Below, piece after piece: positions 25,090 to 38,800 of a stretch of DNA of 64,000 bases. The DNA comes from Carpediemonas membranifera BICM (taxonomy: Eukaryota > Protista > Fornicata): contig JAHDYR010000062.1 of NCBI GenBank assembly GCA_019828565.1, forward strand, positions 878,421-942,420, written 5' to 3'. Numbering within the stretch: position 1 is the stretch's first letter; every line of letters starts with the position of its first letter. The position numbers were made by a program, and so were the translations under genes. Below the pieces are notes generated by a model, which saw only the letters and a program-made list of their open reading frames with translations, did not search any database and was not told the DNA's origin.

Positions 25090-25307
25090 CAGTTTATTGC
25101 CTTTTGGACGAACTGTATTGCGAGCGGCGAGGCGCAGCCGAGCTTCGCGAGCCTGAGCGCAGCGAAGACGTCACTCTAGTGGTCAGTATGTCGGGTTTGA
25201 GGCACTGCTCGCTCCGAAATCTCCCTTTCGACTCTCCACTCAGTCACAACGAACGCGAACGCGAATAACGCGCAGATCACGCTCAAAGTACAGAAACAAC
25301 ATCAGTA

Positions 25308-28300
25308 TTAGTGGTTGAGGCCATTAGCCTCAGCTTGACGGTGCGCAGCATCCGCCTGGCGCATGAACGCATGGAACACATGAACTTGCTGCCGCATACA
25401 GGCCATCATGACCGCGTCGGCAATCTGCCCAACAGTTTCGGCATCAAGGCCCAAAACGTCGCGCATCTCATCGGTCCATCCTCTCCCATGCACAGCACCA
25501 ACACCACCACTCTGGCGAACGACCACGGGAATAACCCGGACGTTCCAGTTGGCGTACTGCTCCTTCTTGCTCCGCATAGATGCAGACGCGTGATTGCTCA
25601 CCACTACGTCAAGCACAACGGGTTCGGTATGGCCCGGTCTGGTCAAGAGGAGGTCCGCCCGCGCCTTGACCCGTTTGGTCCGGTCCACAGTCCACTCGCT
25701 GCCCCGTCCGAGCCAATGCTCAACTCTTACGCGCCAGGGGTGCCCGCGCAGCAGTTTGGCGAGCGTGTCGCGAATTTGGTCGTGCCGCTCCGATCCCAGC
25801 CCCTCCCTCAGGAAGGGACAGGTAAGAGAATGCTCGGCTGAGCAGGGGGACAGACCGGTGGTTAACACTACGGGCCAGGCATAGCGGACAGACGTCGTGG
25901 CCTGTCTCAAAGGCAGGAAGGCCGACATGGTTGCGAAGCATCGGTGCAGCACCCTCGTCACAGGGGTTACGACCCATAGCGGCTGGATCAGCCGCGAGTA
26001 GAGACCTGATCACGTTTGGCGAGTCGACTGAAACAGTCAGTTGGCTGGAAATGTTATCCTGCAGGAGGCGTACCAACTTCTTCTGCGTGCTCTCGAGTGA
26101 GAGCTTTCTGACATCGCCATATGATGTCGGCCAATCCTTGGGCGTCGCGGCGAGAGCCGGGATGCATGGCAGTGCGTCTTGGATGAGAGCCTCGGGCCTT
26201 TCGACCTTCAGCTCTATGAGTTGTCGTGCGGCACCCAGATAGGCTGGGGCCCACACAACAGAGGGCATGGCCAATCCGAGCCCGCCTTGACTGACCGGCA
26301 GACAGAGCCTTGCGGCGAAGTCCTTGTCAGTCTCTGCGCTGGACTGGAGCAGCTTCAGGATGGCGGGGACCACCTTCTGCTGTTCGAAGTCCAGTTGCGA
26401 CTCGAACATGTCACCCCCGCCCGGCGAAACATTGCGGAAGAAGTGCTCCCACTTGGTGAGGGCACACAGTTTCGTCACTAGGAGGGCAGGGGCGACGGCT
26501 TCCGCGCCAATGTCAGAGACCATCGATGCAGCAGCGTCAAGCAGCTCCATAACCTTGCGGTTAGCAGAGCCTAGCTCCCGCATGATGTGCGTGGCGGAGC
26601 CGATTGGAACACCAACCAGCTTGGTATCGCGTCTCCGTGGGACGCCACCAGTTGTGTTGCCGTCAACGACATCCTTATGGGCTAGCACGCACTTGGCACG
26701 GTTGAGGCGGAGGCCAACCTCGTTGAACTTCTGAGCGGCGAGTTCTGTGAGATTGTTGGCCTCACGGCCGACCCCAGGCGACTGTAGCGGGCGGGTAGTG
26801 GTGGCTACAATGTCATCCTGGTAGGCACGGATGCACCACCCAGGGAAAGCCTCGCGCAAGACGTCCAGAATGGGCTTAACGCCTAAGCTGAAAAGAATTG
26901 GCGAGAGCGGGTCCCCTTGGTGAATGCCTTCAGCCGACCTCATGGTGATGCCGGAGGTAGAGAAAAGTAAGCCCCGTCGGTACATGGTCGACAGGTATGG
27001 GATGAGCGCCGGCATGTAGGCCGCCACCACCTTCATGGCGAAGGCCCTCGACAAGCATCCATAGGCGTTGGAAAGGTCGAGTGTGAGCACTGTACCGCCA
27101 CTTCGGTAGACTGCACTCACCTCCTCTCCCAACCTCTCCAAGCCGCACTTCTCACCTACTCCGAACTGGTCCTTCAGGGCACGATCGACGTCAACCAGCC
27201 GCTTACGGACGGACCAGGCGAGTGCCTTTGCCGCCACACGGCGAATAGAGTCGCCGATCGCGACCCCTCGGACCTTCCCTTCACCTTTCGGCACAGGGAC
27301 GAGAATGCAATGACTGAACACATCAGTGTAAGCTTCTCCGTTCAGGATGTCCTGAACCAGCGGGAGCAGAGCCTGGACTAGTTCGCGCCTTGATGTCTTG
27401 TAGGCGATCTTCAGGTGAAGGAACGATAGCCCGGAGGGCCCCGGGGCCGCCTCAGACTTGAGTGTGTTGAGGATGGTCTTCAGAGTCTTAGAGGAAACTT
27501 CGACACACTGCAGGGGGTTCTCGGGGACGTCTCGCATGGGGACGTCGGGACAAAGCCCGTTGAACCCAACCTGGAGGTCCCGCAGTTGAGCGTCGATTTC
27601 AGTCGGTGTCAGGTCAGTCTCATTGGCTACCATGGACGTGGCGGCCTTCGAGACAAACCCGTGGCGAATCAGGTTCAGCGTCCGACGCCACTTGCTCGCG
27701 CTAGCGCGTCGTCCGCCTCGGTCCGACGGCGGTGCGTACAGCGTCTTGGGGTAGTCTACAACCTTAAGAGCCTCAGCCCGCTTGGCGTCGTCACCTGTCG
27801 CGTTGTTCACCTCCCTCAATCGTTCAATAAGGCCTCGTGTGAACTTCTCGCGCCCGCGCTTGGGCGGAGCGATCTTTCCGAGGAACAAGGCCTGACCCGG
27901 GGGAAGGAAGACATCGGGTCGATGAGCAGGGGGTAGTGGGAGGTGCTGATGGCGGGGTTAGGGGAAACCAACCGCCGAAACGTGAGCTGCCGTGTCTGCC
28001 TGGACCTCTTCGTCAACAGGCTGCGATGACAGACCCTCGTCGTCCGTCGCGATCTCTACTGCAGAGGGAGGGACATTTGCAGCGGTCTCTGGACGCATAG
28101 CGTTGTCTCGTATCGTGCAGGCGATAATCGCAATGGACTTGGGGGCTGTGTTTGCAGAACGCAACGAAGTTGCCGTTGGCAGCGCCTGTGTGGTGATGCT
28201 GTGGGCCTTAAGGAGGTCCTTGAAGCTGTCAGCAATCGCCTTCAGGGCTTTCACGGTAAAGCGTACGATGTGTTTGTTCTGGACGTCGCGCATGAGCTCG

Positions 28301-28412
28301 ACAACCGCAGTTTCAGAGCACAATGTGTTGAACACCGTGTCCGTATCACACCACAGTCTGTCAATTAGGCTTATGTCGACGAACTTCGCGTAGGTGCTAT
28401 GAACTTCGGTAA
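25308..28412 (-). mobile_element. CRE-like RLE retrotransposon X, copy 2 (5' end cut by element A copy 2)
   Basis: 722-aa RT ORF (YQDD) plus an RLE piece: RHDQIRD, RADLLL, VVLDVVV. Confidence 0.88.
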
Positions 28413-28669
28413 CATGCTGTCAACATCCCTAGATTATCTTTGCTAAACCCTAGATTATCTTCGACCTCAAAACGCTAGATAATCTACAATTTCTTGCTCA
28501 GAAATGAAGTATTCATTAAATTTAAGCTATTTAGAGATAAACGAAGGTCTTCTTGAGAGTCCATATGATGTACTTAGAGCATGGAAAGAAGCTCTGGCTC
28601 TGACTCCTTGCCTGGTTTGAGCATTTCGCCGTGCAGGTTAAGACGAAACGATAAAATGGACAATAACAG

Positions 28670-28773
28670 AAAATCTAACAGGTAGATTCACTACGATAGT
28701 GATTATGTGAGTAGTTGAAAGGAGGTACATATGCGCATAATCACTTTCAGAGTGAATCTACCTGTTAGATTTT
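28670..28773. repeat. Subterminal 23-bp-arm palindrome (copy 2)
   Basis: Same sequence as 13307-13410. Confidence 0.9.
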
Positions 28774-29633
28774 GAGATATGGTCGATTTCTTGTTTTTTG
28801 ACTTGGCTAGAGTCGAATTGAAGAAAAGGAGAGGCTATTACTCAGGGAATATTGCTCGTCAAAGAAAAAGCAAGCAAGGCCGCGAGGTATGGCCACCCGA
28901 CCTACAAGATGGGCTGGGTGTCATCGCGTAAGGACGACCGGTCGTGCGCGGTCAACGCTGACAAAACTTAGCGATTCAGAGAAATAAATGGCGCCACCGT
29001 ATTCAGCACAAGACAGTGAACTCAGCTATATGGTTTTTTTCTCAGTATATTTACCCAGCGGCTGATCCCACAGTTTAAGGGCGCGTATTAGCCTGCACTT
29101 TGCACGAAAAAAATCTGCCTGAACACGACCAATTGTCCAAAACACAGCATTTAGCATGCAACAGGAGCTGGAAGCAGCTGCAACATCTATTCTAGGCCAT
29201 TCAACAACGATTACGCAAGAAATTGACGCAATAGAGGCCATGCAGTCCCATTACTTCATAGATTCACGCTTGAACGATATTACGAGCAGTATCAGGCGAG
29301 AAACAAGAAAGCTGAACGCGATTGGTGACTCCTTTCTCGCTGCGACATTTGCAGCATACTGACAGCCACGACACGCCGTTCAAGCAGATTTAAGGGAGCG
29401 CCATCGCCAAACACGTAAATAGACCTGTATACGACAACCAGAGACGGACGTATGAGTCAGAACGGTGTGCTACCGGAATACGCAGGGTGTTTTTGTGCCC
29501 TGTTGATTCCAGGAGCACGCTGTCCTGGGTCACACAGGATTATCACATAATCACTGAGCAATCGGGCTCATGGTACATAGTTTCATTGGATCTATCTTCA
29601 TGAAAATATGTTTGAAAAGATTCAATTGTATCT

Positions 29634-31781
29634 TTACTGCTCCGACTGTTGAACCACCGACTTGAAGTTCTCAAGGCAATCGTCACAAAGACGGATCTTG
29701 GGAATATTCACGCCGTCAATGACGACCTTCACGGCAGTGGTGCCCATACAGCCCTTGTTACCACAGAACCAGTGCCCACACATCCGACAATGATATACCG
29801 AGGCGTTCTTCTGGCATGCGAAACAAGTCTTCTCCTGGACACAAGCCTGGCATGTGAACTTCCACGAGGACTTCTTTCTGTTGGCTTCTTTCGTCCAGTT
29901 GGCAGTCTTTGAACATTTCTCCGGACGAGCAGGCACGCAAACGGAATTGTCATGAAAGTTCCTGCCGCACTCTCCACACGAGACAAACTTTGACGTGTTG
30001 AGATTGCCAACCCAGTCCAAGCTGTGGCAATGGCCGCAACAGAAGGCAAGCATCCTCTTCTGCAAGTCAAGGAGGTTCTCTCCATCATCGTCAGAGTCTG
30101 AATCAGCGGTTACCGGCCGTTCTTTGAGCTGAGAGAGATCTTCCGACATGCGCTGTGTCATGCGATGGACGTCATCGAGTAGCATGACGTTACGCTTAGA
30201 GATAGACTCAGAGGGTCGAACGGGGTCAACCTTCACCTCCTGCTTCACTTGCGGCACGGAATGGGGGATTTCTGCTGTCTTGAAAAACGTCTTCGTCCGA
30301 CCAGTAAATATGTCGGGTGCCGAAAGGTCCACCAGATTAAGGGAACACCACATGTTCCGGTAGCGCCAGGCGGAGGGAAGGCTGCAAAGGACCACTAAGG
30401 GACAATCGCATACAACAAGCACGAAATAGGGAAGGCCTGGCAAAACAGCTGGGCCAGTAGGGCGCAAGCGTCCGGACAAGCAGTCCGGCGCATCCCTCCG
30501 GCGCGCAAGGGGGTACCCCCTCCCCACACAGTGGGGGCGCACCAGGAGGATGATGCATGGCAGACTGGCGGAGGTACTGGATGACGCAAGAAGCTACCCA
30601 CTCCGTCGGTAACCTGCCGGGAAGGCAGGGCCATCCTGATGTGGCCCGGCGCCTAGCCAGGAACACTGGAAGACGTGGCAACCGCCCCTGGGAGCTCCCC
30701 CCCGATAATGGGAACCTGGAGTGAAATCGGACAGCGCTAGATGAGCCCGAACGCAGCCGGCAAGTCCGTGGAAGTCTACCTACGCGGCGTCGGTGGGTTC
30801 CTAACCCGGCCCAGCTGGTACGGCGAACTCTAGACCCGACCCCGCCCTGGCGGGTGCCTGAAACATGGCGAGCGGGTCGAGGAAACCCCAGGACCTCCCT
30901 AGGGGACCCGGGGGAGAGGGGAAACGTACGGAAGGTCCCTGACAGCAGCGTGCAGGGCAAGGCTTTGTAGGTGCCAGGCAGACCTGGGACCCAAAGGGCC
31001 CCTAAGAGTAAGACCTGGGTTAGCCTAACTTTGGGGGTATTAATGTGGCCATGTATAGGATCCCTCTAGCGTACCAGCTAGGCCTTGACGGCCGTTGTTC
31101 ACGCCCTCTTAGGAAGTGTTAGGTGTGCTCTGTAGAGGTACCAACACGCTTAGGCGTTCCTCGAAGGGGTGACACAAACTGTGACATTCAGCTTACACAG
31201 CAGGACGAGTAGCAGGACACATTAAATTCTTTCTTTCTGTCCACCAGATTAAGGGACAGAGGACGCGAATCAAAATTCTGGGGGACGTCCAGGCCAACTC
31301 TCGTGAAAATCTTCTTCATCGCGGTCAGAAGCTCCGATCGCACCGGGTTGGGGGCCCGAGAAAGGTTATGAAACACTCTCGAAGGAGCCTGATCAGAAAT
31401 GCCGATGTTGCAGTGGCAAGACTGGGTTGCCCACTCCTTAACATGCCCAATGACAAGCCTACCCTGCGATACAGCCGTGAGGGACTTGATACCATCAAAG
31501 AATGTCGGATCAGGGTGGCAGGGCTGCAAGTACACCGAGATGATGTGATTGTAGGCATTCGCCACCTTACGGACAGATAGACCAGTCATATCCGTTCCAA
31601 ACACATCAACGGTGATGCAAAAGAATGCCTTGAGCATACCAATCATGAGAGCCGACCTGCATTCGCTCTTTGCGGCGTCATTCCACCTGACCATCGGCTT
31701 GCGTTTCTGAGAGTTCGTCTCTCGGGTGTCCGGAGTAGTTCCTTCATTTCCACGCTTCATCTCTAGTTCCGTGGCTGGCAT
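29634..31781 (-). pseudogene. PHD-finger gene of copy 2, disrupted by a retroposed insert
   Basis: Both halves match 11210-12448. Confidence 0.85.
30345..31238 (+). mobile_element. Non-coding retroposed insert (5'-truncated LINE 3' UTR or SINE) with an 18-bp TSD
   Basis: TSD GTCCACCAGATTAAGGGA at 30327-30344 and 31239-31256; TTTC-repeat tail as in LINE-A; 30740-30880 resembles 63850-63990. Confidence 0.88.
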
Positions 31782-31846
31782 TAGATGATCTTCTCGAAGT
31801 CACGCATTTTTAGGATCTTTAGAATTCTTGAAAGAGCGACTGACAG

Positions 31847-34269
31847 ATGGCGCTTCAACTGAAGTGGAAACTGTCTAACGGATCTATCTATGCTCCGGAG
31901 GGCACTGATGACATCAATACCATCCTTTGCAGCGTCTGGCTCTCGATTGACGCAGTGGATCGCCGTATTAACGGATTTGATACCTCCAAACACCAGCAAA
32001 GGCTCGAGCTAGCCCGCATCGCGCAGGAACTAATCAATATCGGCGCTGTATCGCGTGAGGCTATTTCTAGCAATCTCTACCCAGCGCCATCATCCACTAG
32101 CATCTCAAAGGAGAAGAAGGCACACCGCTCTGGTCCCAGTCACCTTTACGTTGGTGCATATGTTCTGCATTCTGATAGCTTCGGCCTCGAGGCAGAGAAT
32201 GCTCGTCTACGTAAGCGTATTGCTGACACTGAACGTCTTCTGCAGGTGTCCAACGAGCTCAGGGCCATCACGATCGGCGTGAATGCAGTCAATGACGAGA
32301 TTCACATCATGCAAGCCCTTGCACAGAGACTCAACCTTGACATTATCAACATCAATCAGGTCACAAACCAAGTCAAGTCGCTTCAGTGCAGCATTCGGAA
32401 CATCGCAGACGTTGAGACCATTGTCAAGTCGCATAGGAACTTGAAAAAGGCCCTAAAGGGCTACATACCCATGGCGATCACTCAAGAGACACGAGCAAAG
32501 AGAACGGACAAGGATCACCGCGAGTATGACCTCGACCTGATTACCCACGTCGACGCAGACCTCGAACAAGTCAACGCTACATTCGACGGCGACGACTATA
32601 ACACTGAAGTGCTCAGAGGTACGACGGTGTGCATCTTCTACGAATCGGCAATGAAGCGAACTGCACATAATGACGTGATGAAGAGAGCCGGTCTCAACCC
32701 GCGTCTCCAGTCTAGCGGCAGGTATTCCCATGTGCAACACGCTGAGTTTGACCTCATGCGGTACTATCGCCAGGCGGTGGCTTCGCCTATCGATCTCGAG
32801 AGGTCAAGGGCTGCTCGTAAGAACGTGGGCAAGCAGTTGACAGCGCAGACTCAAGCTGAAGAGACTCAGACAGTGCCGCTTGATCTTCTCGTCTGGGTCG
32901 ATGGATGGCGAGGGTTGACTACATCTGTGAAGGTTCGGTTTATCGATGTCTCCGGCAAAGTCTTCCCGTCAGGCGGAACACCACCCTTCCGCATACTCGA
33001 GTACAACGGACCAGAGAAGCGCATTGGAGAATTCTTCGACTTCATCGAGCGCTCAGTCGAGAGTACCCATCGCGAGTCACTTGAGGTGAGAAATACCGGT
33101 CTCCTGTGCCGTGTCACTCGCGTTATGTTCATCGCAGACCACCCAGCGATGTCAAAATGTCTGTGGAACCTTTATTGGCGGCAGCTATCCCTCTCCATTC
33201 AGCTCGGTACATGCTGACAACAAGGCCTGGAGCCCATTCGGTCTCACCCCACGAAACACGATTGCAGACGTGATGTATGCGAAGAAGATGTCTGTTGAGG
33301 ACAAGACAGTCCTGGATAGAGAGAAGAAGTGGGGGTCGTTCTACAACAAGAAGAATAAGTGCATCATGCCCAGCCTATTCGAGAACTCGGATGACCCAAC
33401 TCTCGATAGGGGCAAAATCTTCCTTGTCCCGCCGATCATGCACCTCAGTCATGACTTCGTCTCCTTGATACACAACATTTGTCGGATGTTCAAGCCAATT
33501 GAGGTCGACCCAGACTCTACCCCGGAGGAAATCAAGACCAAGAAGGCCAGAAACGCTGACCTCGCCAGGCTGGCTAAGTTTGAACCTCCCAGTCGCACGA
33601 CTGGCTGTAATGAGCAAGTGAAGGGGAGGAAGATGATCGCGTCAATTGGAAACGGTCTCTACATGGCATTCCCTCCCCCGTTCAGCCACTTTTTCAGACT
33701 CGTTGCCTACCTGCAAGAGCATTATTACTCTCACGAGGAGGCCACAGATGACATTATCACCTGGCATCGACTGACAGCGTTGCTTGTTCACCTCTTTTCA
33801 CTGACAATGTGTCTGAGCACGACCAGCACCGTGTCGGAGTCTATTCCAATCCGGCCGCCGTCTAAGGTAGCCAAGAAGGCTCCCTCCATCGACACACTTC
33901 ATGGCTTAGCGCGAGTTGCTGTGTTGCCGGAGATTCAGTCAAAAATCCGAGTCCCACTTGGCCGGATTATTGAGGAGTCATTCGAGCGCGACTTTATTGG
34001 CAATCAGGAAAGTAGAGTACACTTAAGGCGCAACCAGATGGTCCTTGAGAGAACGATATTGAAGGAGCAGGTCGAGTTGTTTTACCGATTCCTCCGTGGC
34101 GTCGTCTCGTATGGGCGACAGTCAACAGACGTTCCCCACCAAATACGTCTGAAGACAATGCGCGTCCATCGCTGCTGCAAGGACGCCAAACACTGGATCC
34201 ATATTCGGAGCGAGGGCACTGGAACATTGGACGAGGGAGACTGTCAGAAACTGTTACCTCTGTTTGAAG
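31847..34269 (+). CDS. DDE transposase of copy 2, cut ~45 codons before its end by a gypsy insertion
   Basis: Same motifs as 8588-11144; identity stops after CTGTTTGAAG (34269). Confidence 0.8.
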
Positions 34270-34336
34270 TGTGATGGGTTATCCTGCACAACCTGCAGTG
34301 CACTTTATGTAAACAGTTCTCCGTTCCATCTCTAAC

Positions 34337-35671
34337 ATGTCACAATATCGATATTCTGATGCTCACACTATCCAGAGCGTTTCAGACGCCAAGACGCTCC
34401 ACGCCGCTCACGAAAAGTGGGCCCGTGAGGTCCTGAACGTGAAGCATCCGCGCTCGTTCTTCAACTGCCTCACGGCCAAGAGCCTTGAACTCATTAAGGC
34501 TTCATGGCGCCATTCGGAAGCGTTCCCGACGTTCGAAGAGCTCACCAAATCCCTCATTAGCGACACCGAGGGAAGCAAACGCGATGCAGGGGAACCGGCA
34601 TTCTCCCCGCGTTCCCACCTCATCTCGAAGCGCCTCCGGGCGATCAAGGCCCTTCTGGAGGATGACCTATTCCTCCTCTGCGCGGCCGCCGAGGCGCGGT
34701 ACAAGGGCTCGAGCCTTACGAAGCCTGCGTTCCGCAGGGCCCAAGCCCTGTTCGACGACACTATGGAAGAGCTACAGGACACCGCATCCCTCCTCCGGGC
34801 CGATCCAGGCCAACCCATCTCCCTCCCTGACCTACACCTGCCTGGCCAACCCGCTCGATGACGAGCCCTCGCGCAGCGCGGACTTCGTTAGTTCGGCGAA
34901 CGAGGGTCTGCTCTCCTCGGTCCCTGTGGCAGACACCTCCAGCCTCCGCCAACGCCTCGCTGCTGAGGCCGAGACCATTCTCCCTCACCTATACTTAGCC
35001 CTGATGCCTTCCACGGACAGGGGCACCCGGCTTGCTGCCCTTGCAAGCTCGTCCCACCCCACTCTATTCGGCCCCTCGGCGCAGCACAGGCTCGCGCTCA
35101 GCAAGGTCGAGAACCTCCTCAACGCCTTCAACCCGGACGTCGACGCAACCAACTACGCACGCCTCCCCGAGAGCACCACGCGTGACATCGTTGCTGGTTT
35201 CGCCCTCGAAGGATACACCAGCGCCGCAAAGACACTGTACAAAGCCCTGGTCGAGACGGATGCTGACGGCCAGCGCCGCACCACCGCCGAATGCATCGCA
35301 GCCCTCCGCGATCTCGCCGTGGACCACGAGGGCAACGTCGTGATACCCTGGCGCGCGTTCAAGGAGGCTTCGACACCTTCGAAGCCTCCCAAGAAGCCAC
35401 GTCACGCTCGCGATGGCCGGCCCGACACTCCGCAGAAGCCCGAGACATCCGCCCGAGAGGACAGCCAGGACCGCAGCGACGCCAACGACCTCCCGGAGCC
35501 CCGGCTGCTCGATTCCGGCGACCGCTACGCGCAGTTTAAGGACCGCAAGAAGTTCCGAATCCCCGAGCGGTTCTCCAACTTCTGCAAGCACCACGGCTAC
35601 AACTCCACACACACGACAGAAAACTGCATATACCTCCAGAAGAAGGCAGCTTCTGCCGATGAGGTTCACAC
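34337..35671 (+). CDS. gag: Gag of the outer gypsy (one frameshift)
   Basis: CKHHGYNSTHTTENC knuckle. Removing the inner element and one ACAC joins DEVHT to TSVPINTTVNIDG in frame. Confidence 0.75.
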
Positions 35672-35753
35672 TGTCGGTTGAAATCATTTACAGTAAACCG
35701 CAGCGGGGTAAAAGTGGTCAAAACTGGACGGAGCAGTTTATAGACCGGTGACA
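35672..35753 (-). repeat. 3' LTR (82 bp)
   Basis: Identical to 39948-40029. Confidence 0.95.
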
Positions 35754-35811
35754 CTACCTCCCTTTTTGATGAGAAAACCCCCAACCTGCAAGGAACGGGG
35801 GAAAAAGATGG

Positions 35812-38800
35812 TTAGTAGAGTTTCAGGTTCTTCTTCGCCTTACGGGCCAACCTCTTCATCTCCTCGAGGTGTTTCACTCCCGAGAGTGGTTCTTCCGTTA
35901 TGTTTTCGAATCCTACCCACTTGATGGCGGCTGTCCCTTCTTTCCAGTCTACCGATACTACTCGCTCTACCTCCCATTTTTTCTGGTCGAAGCTTGCAAG
36001 TTGAAGCATCATCGTGTCCGTTACGGCATCCGTGTCGAACATCATGAGTTTTTCAATGTGGGTTGATCTGGTCGATCCGTCGAGTATCGACTGCAGGACT
36101 ATTCTGTTATTATCAAGTACATCGTGTACCTTCCATGGGCCCCTGTTGCGCGCGTCTAGCTTCTGAGGGGCCTCATCTTTCCAGAGGACGTAGTCACCCG
36201 GCTTCAGTTCGGTGTTGACTATTGTCTTTTGGCCCGGGCCCACACTCTCTCTGGCAGTGGTCTCCAGGGCGTTAAGGGCCAGCTCCAGGTCCTTTTTGAA
36301 CTCTGGGAAATCTCTGATCGGAGAGTTGCTGTCGTTCGTCCACCAGCTTGTAAACATGTTGTGCTCATGGCCAAATATCAGCTCGTGCGGGGAGAACTTC
36401 GTGGCCGTATGTGTCGTGCCGTTGATAATCATCTGGACCGTCGGTAGGAGTCCGCACCACTGGTCTTTGTAGGCTATTGCCAGGACAAGCCACCGTAGGT
36501 GTCTTCCAATCTCCGCATTCCTTCTCTCCACGAGACCATTGCTCTGTGGATGAAACGGGATGGTGAAGTGGTGTGCGACTTTCAATGACGTTGTGAGTTG
36601 TTCAACTATCGAGTTCGCGTACTCCGGGCCGCCGTCGGACAGAATCTCCGCCGGTATCCCGTGTCGCGTGAAAACGTGGTCCCATAGGGCCCTGGCGGAG
36701 GTCTCGGCGTCGATCGATGCGACTGCGACGAGCTCGGTGTATCTTGTAAACATGTCTACAGCCACAATGATGTAGCGAGCGCCCAGCGAATCCGTTGGGA
36801 GAGGGCCAATTGTGTCGACTGCCACTGTCTCCCATGGTCTGGTGCGTCTTGTCTGGCCCTTTTGGGCGATAAAGTAGTCCTTGATGCGAGTCTTCAGACA
36901 AATGGGGCACGTCTTGATGTGCTTTTTGACGTCCAAGAGCATCCCCGGCCAAAATGCAGACGTGGCGAGTGCTTGGAACGTTGAATTTGCTCCCGTATGA
37001 AATTGGTGAGCGGTCCGAAGGGCCTTGTCGCGTGTCTCTCCCTTGGGGATAATCGGCACTCCGTCCTTGAAGTAGATCGAGTTTTCGATGGATACTCCCT
37101 CTAGTTTCTCCCCAGCCGACTCGAGTTGACTCAGGTGCCATGGCCTGGGCAGCCTGGATCAACTCAAGGGTCAGCCCTGGGCCGGCGTCCTCCGCCTCTA
37201 GCAGGTTCAGCTGCGGCCCGAGGTCCCCTCGGGGAAGGATACGCGACAGCATGTCTGCCATCTTGTTTGTCTCTCCAGCAATATGCTCGATCGTAATGTT
37301 GTAGTCCGACAAGACAGACGTCCACCTGAGGAGTTTCTTGGAAAGCTCCTTCCTCTGCATGAGATATACCAGATTCTGGTGGTCGGTGCGGATCTGTATG
37401 TTGTCCTTAAAGCGGAAAAGTTGAGCCATGTCAGGTCTCGTGAGACAAAAGATGATAGCATGAAGCTCTTGTTCGTAGGTCGGCCACCTAGTCTGGGTTG
37501 GCGTATGACACTTTGCGAAGAGCGAGACGATCTCTCGGTTGCCGGAGTCGTCTTCTTGGAACAGAATGCCCCCTAGTCCGTCGTTCGACGCGTCCGTCTC
37601 GAGGGTCCACTTCTTTGAGAAGTCGGGGAAATGGAGGACTGTGTCTGAGCTGAGTCTCTCCTTGAACGTTGTAAACGCCTCTTCTTGTTTGGGGTTCCAA
37701 GTTATGTTCTTTGAGTTCTCCTGTGCCGTTAGCATCTCGTTGAGAGGTTTGAGGATTCGTGATGAGTCCGGGACGAACTGGGCGACATAGTTGAATGATC
37801 CCAGTGTCCTCTGAAGCTCCTTTGCGGTGGACGGGAGCTGTATGGCGTTTACCGCCTCTACCTTCTCTGGGGCAAGTTGTTTCCCCTTCTCCGAGACAAT
37901 ATACCCGACGGCCTCGACGTGGGCTGAGCCTATCGTGCACTTCGGGCCTTTAAGGCGCAGTGAATAATGTCTACAGATCCTGAAGACGGTTTTGATCAGG
38001 GTGAGAAACTGGGCCTCGGTCTTGGCGTAAATCAAGATGTCGTCAAGATAGATGTCCACCCCTTTGTGGAGGACCTCGGCGAACGCCTTCTGCATGGCGC
38101 GTTGGAATCTCGCCGGGGCGTTCATCAGGCCGAATGGACATCTGGTGAACTCGCAGTATGCGTCTGGAGTGACAAAAGCGGTTTTGGGGATATCTTCCTC
38201 GTGCATCCGCATCTGGTAGTAGCCTTGTCTGAGGTCTAGGCCTGCAAAGTATTTGCAGCCTGATGCTCGGTCTACAAACTCGCGCGTGTTAGGCAGGGGG
38301 AAGTTATCCCTCACTGTCTTGGAGTTTAACTCCTTGTAGTCAATGCAAAGACGGATCTTGGTCGATCCTTTGTGGCCCTGCCTGACTACTACGATCGGCG
38401 AGCTGTACGGCCCAGTCGAGTCCTGGATTATCCCGTCTCGCCTGAGTTGTTCTAGCTCTGTCGACACCAGGCCTTGGGTCACTGGGTCGAGTCTGCGAGC
38501 GCGGCATTGTACAATTGCCCGCTCGTCTATCAGTTCAATCGACATGGGTTCCAGTCGAGACCCTTCCTTGGGTAGTTCTTCCTCGAAGATATCGTCAAAT
38601 GAGTTGATTATCTCGAGAATCTCGGGTCGGATCTTCGACTCCGGGACGTGGACACCACAGTAGTCGTCGGTTATCGCCATGTTTGCGTCCTCCGTGAGAT
38701 ATTCATGGTAGAACGGCAGCCAGTCCTCGTCCTCCTCAATTGAGGAGAGCTTGTGCAGGTTAAGGTTGAGTGTGCCATCGCCAATGAGTGCGAGTGACCT

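Larger units (their letters stand above)
28413..34269 (+). mobile_element. DNA transposon family A, copy 2 (inverted relative to copy 1; interrupted at 30345-31238 and at 34270)
   Basis: Near-identical reverse complement of ~8724-13667; starts CATGCTGTC. Confidence 0.9.

Noticed and set aside
33150-33165. +1 frame break just after the second catalytic Asp in all three transposase copies (A4 run here and at ~9835; A7 run at ~49795), suggesting programmed frameshifting
   Set aside because: The sites are not homologous between A and B, all lie in homopolymers, and similar +1/-1 breaks hit nearly every gene and differ between near-identical copies. Sequencing error is more likely; accurate reads would settle it.
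8724-34269. The large inverted duplication as a fold-back assembly artefact, or as giant TIRs around 13668-28412
   Set aside because: Both copies end at the same terminal base, face inward with different flanks, and differ by substitutions and a private insertion. They are two independent insertions.
34298-34309. GTGCACTTTATG in the outer gypsy 5' end matches the DNA-transposon core motif
   Set aside because: Only 12 bp with no flanking similarity; chance or a generic promoter motif.
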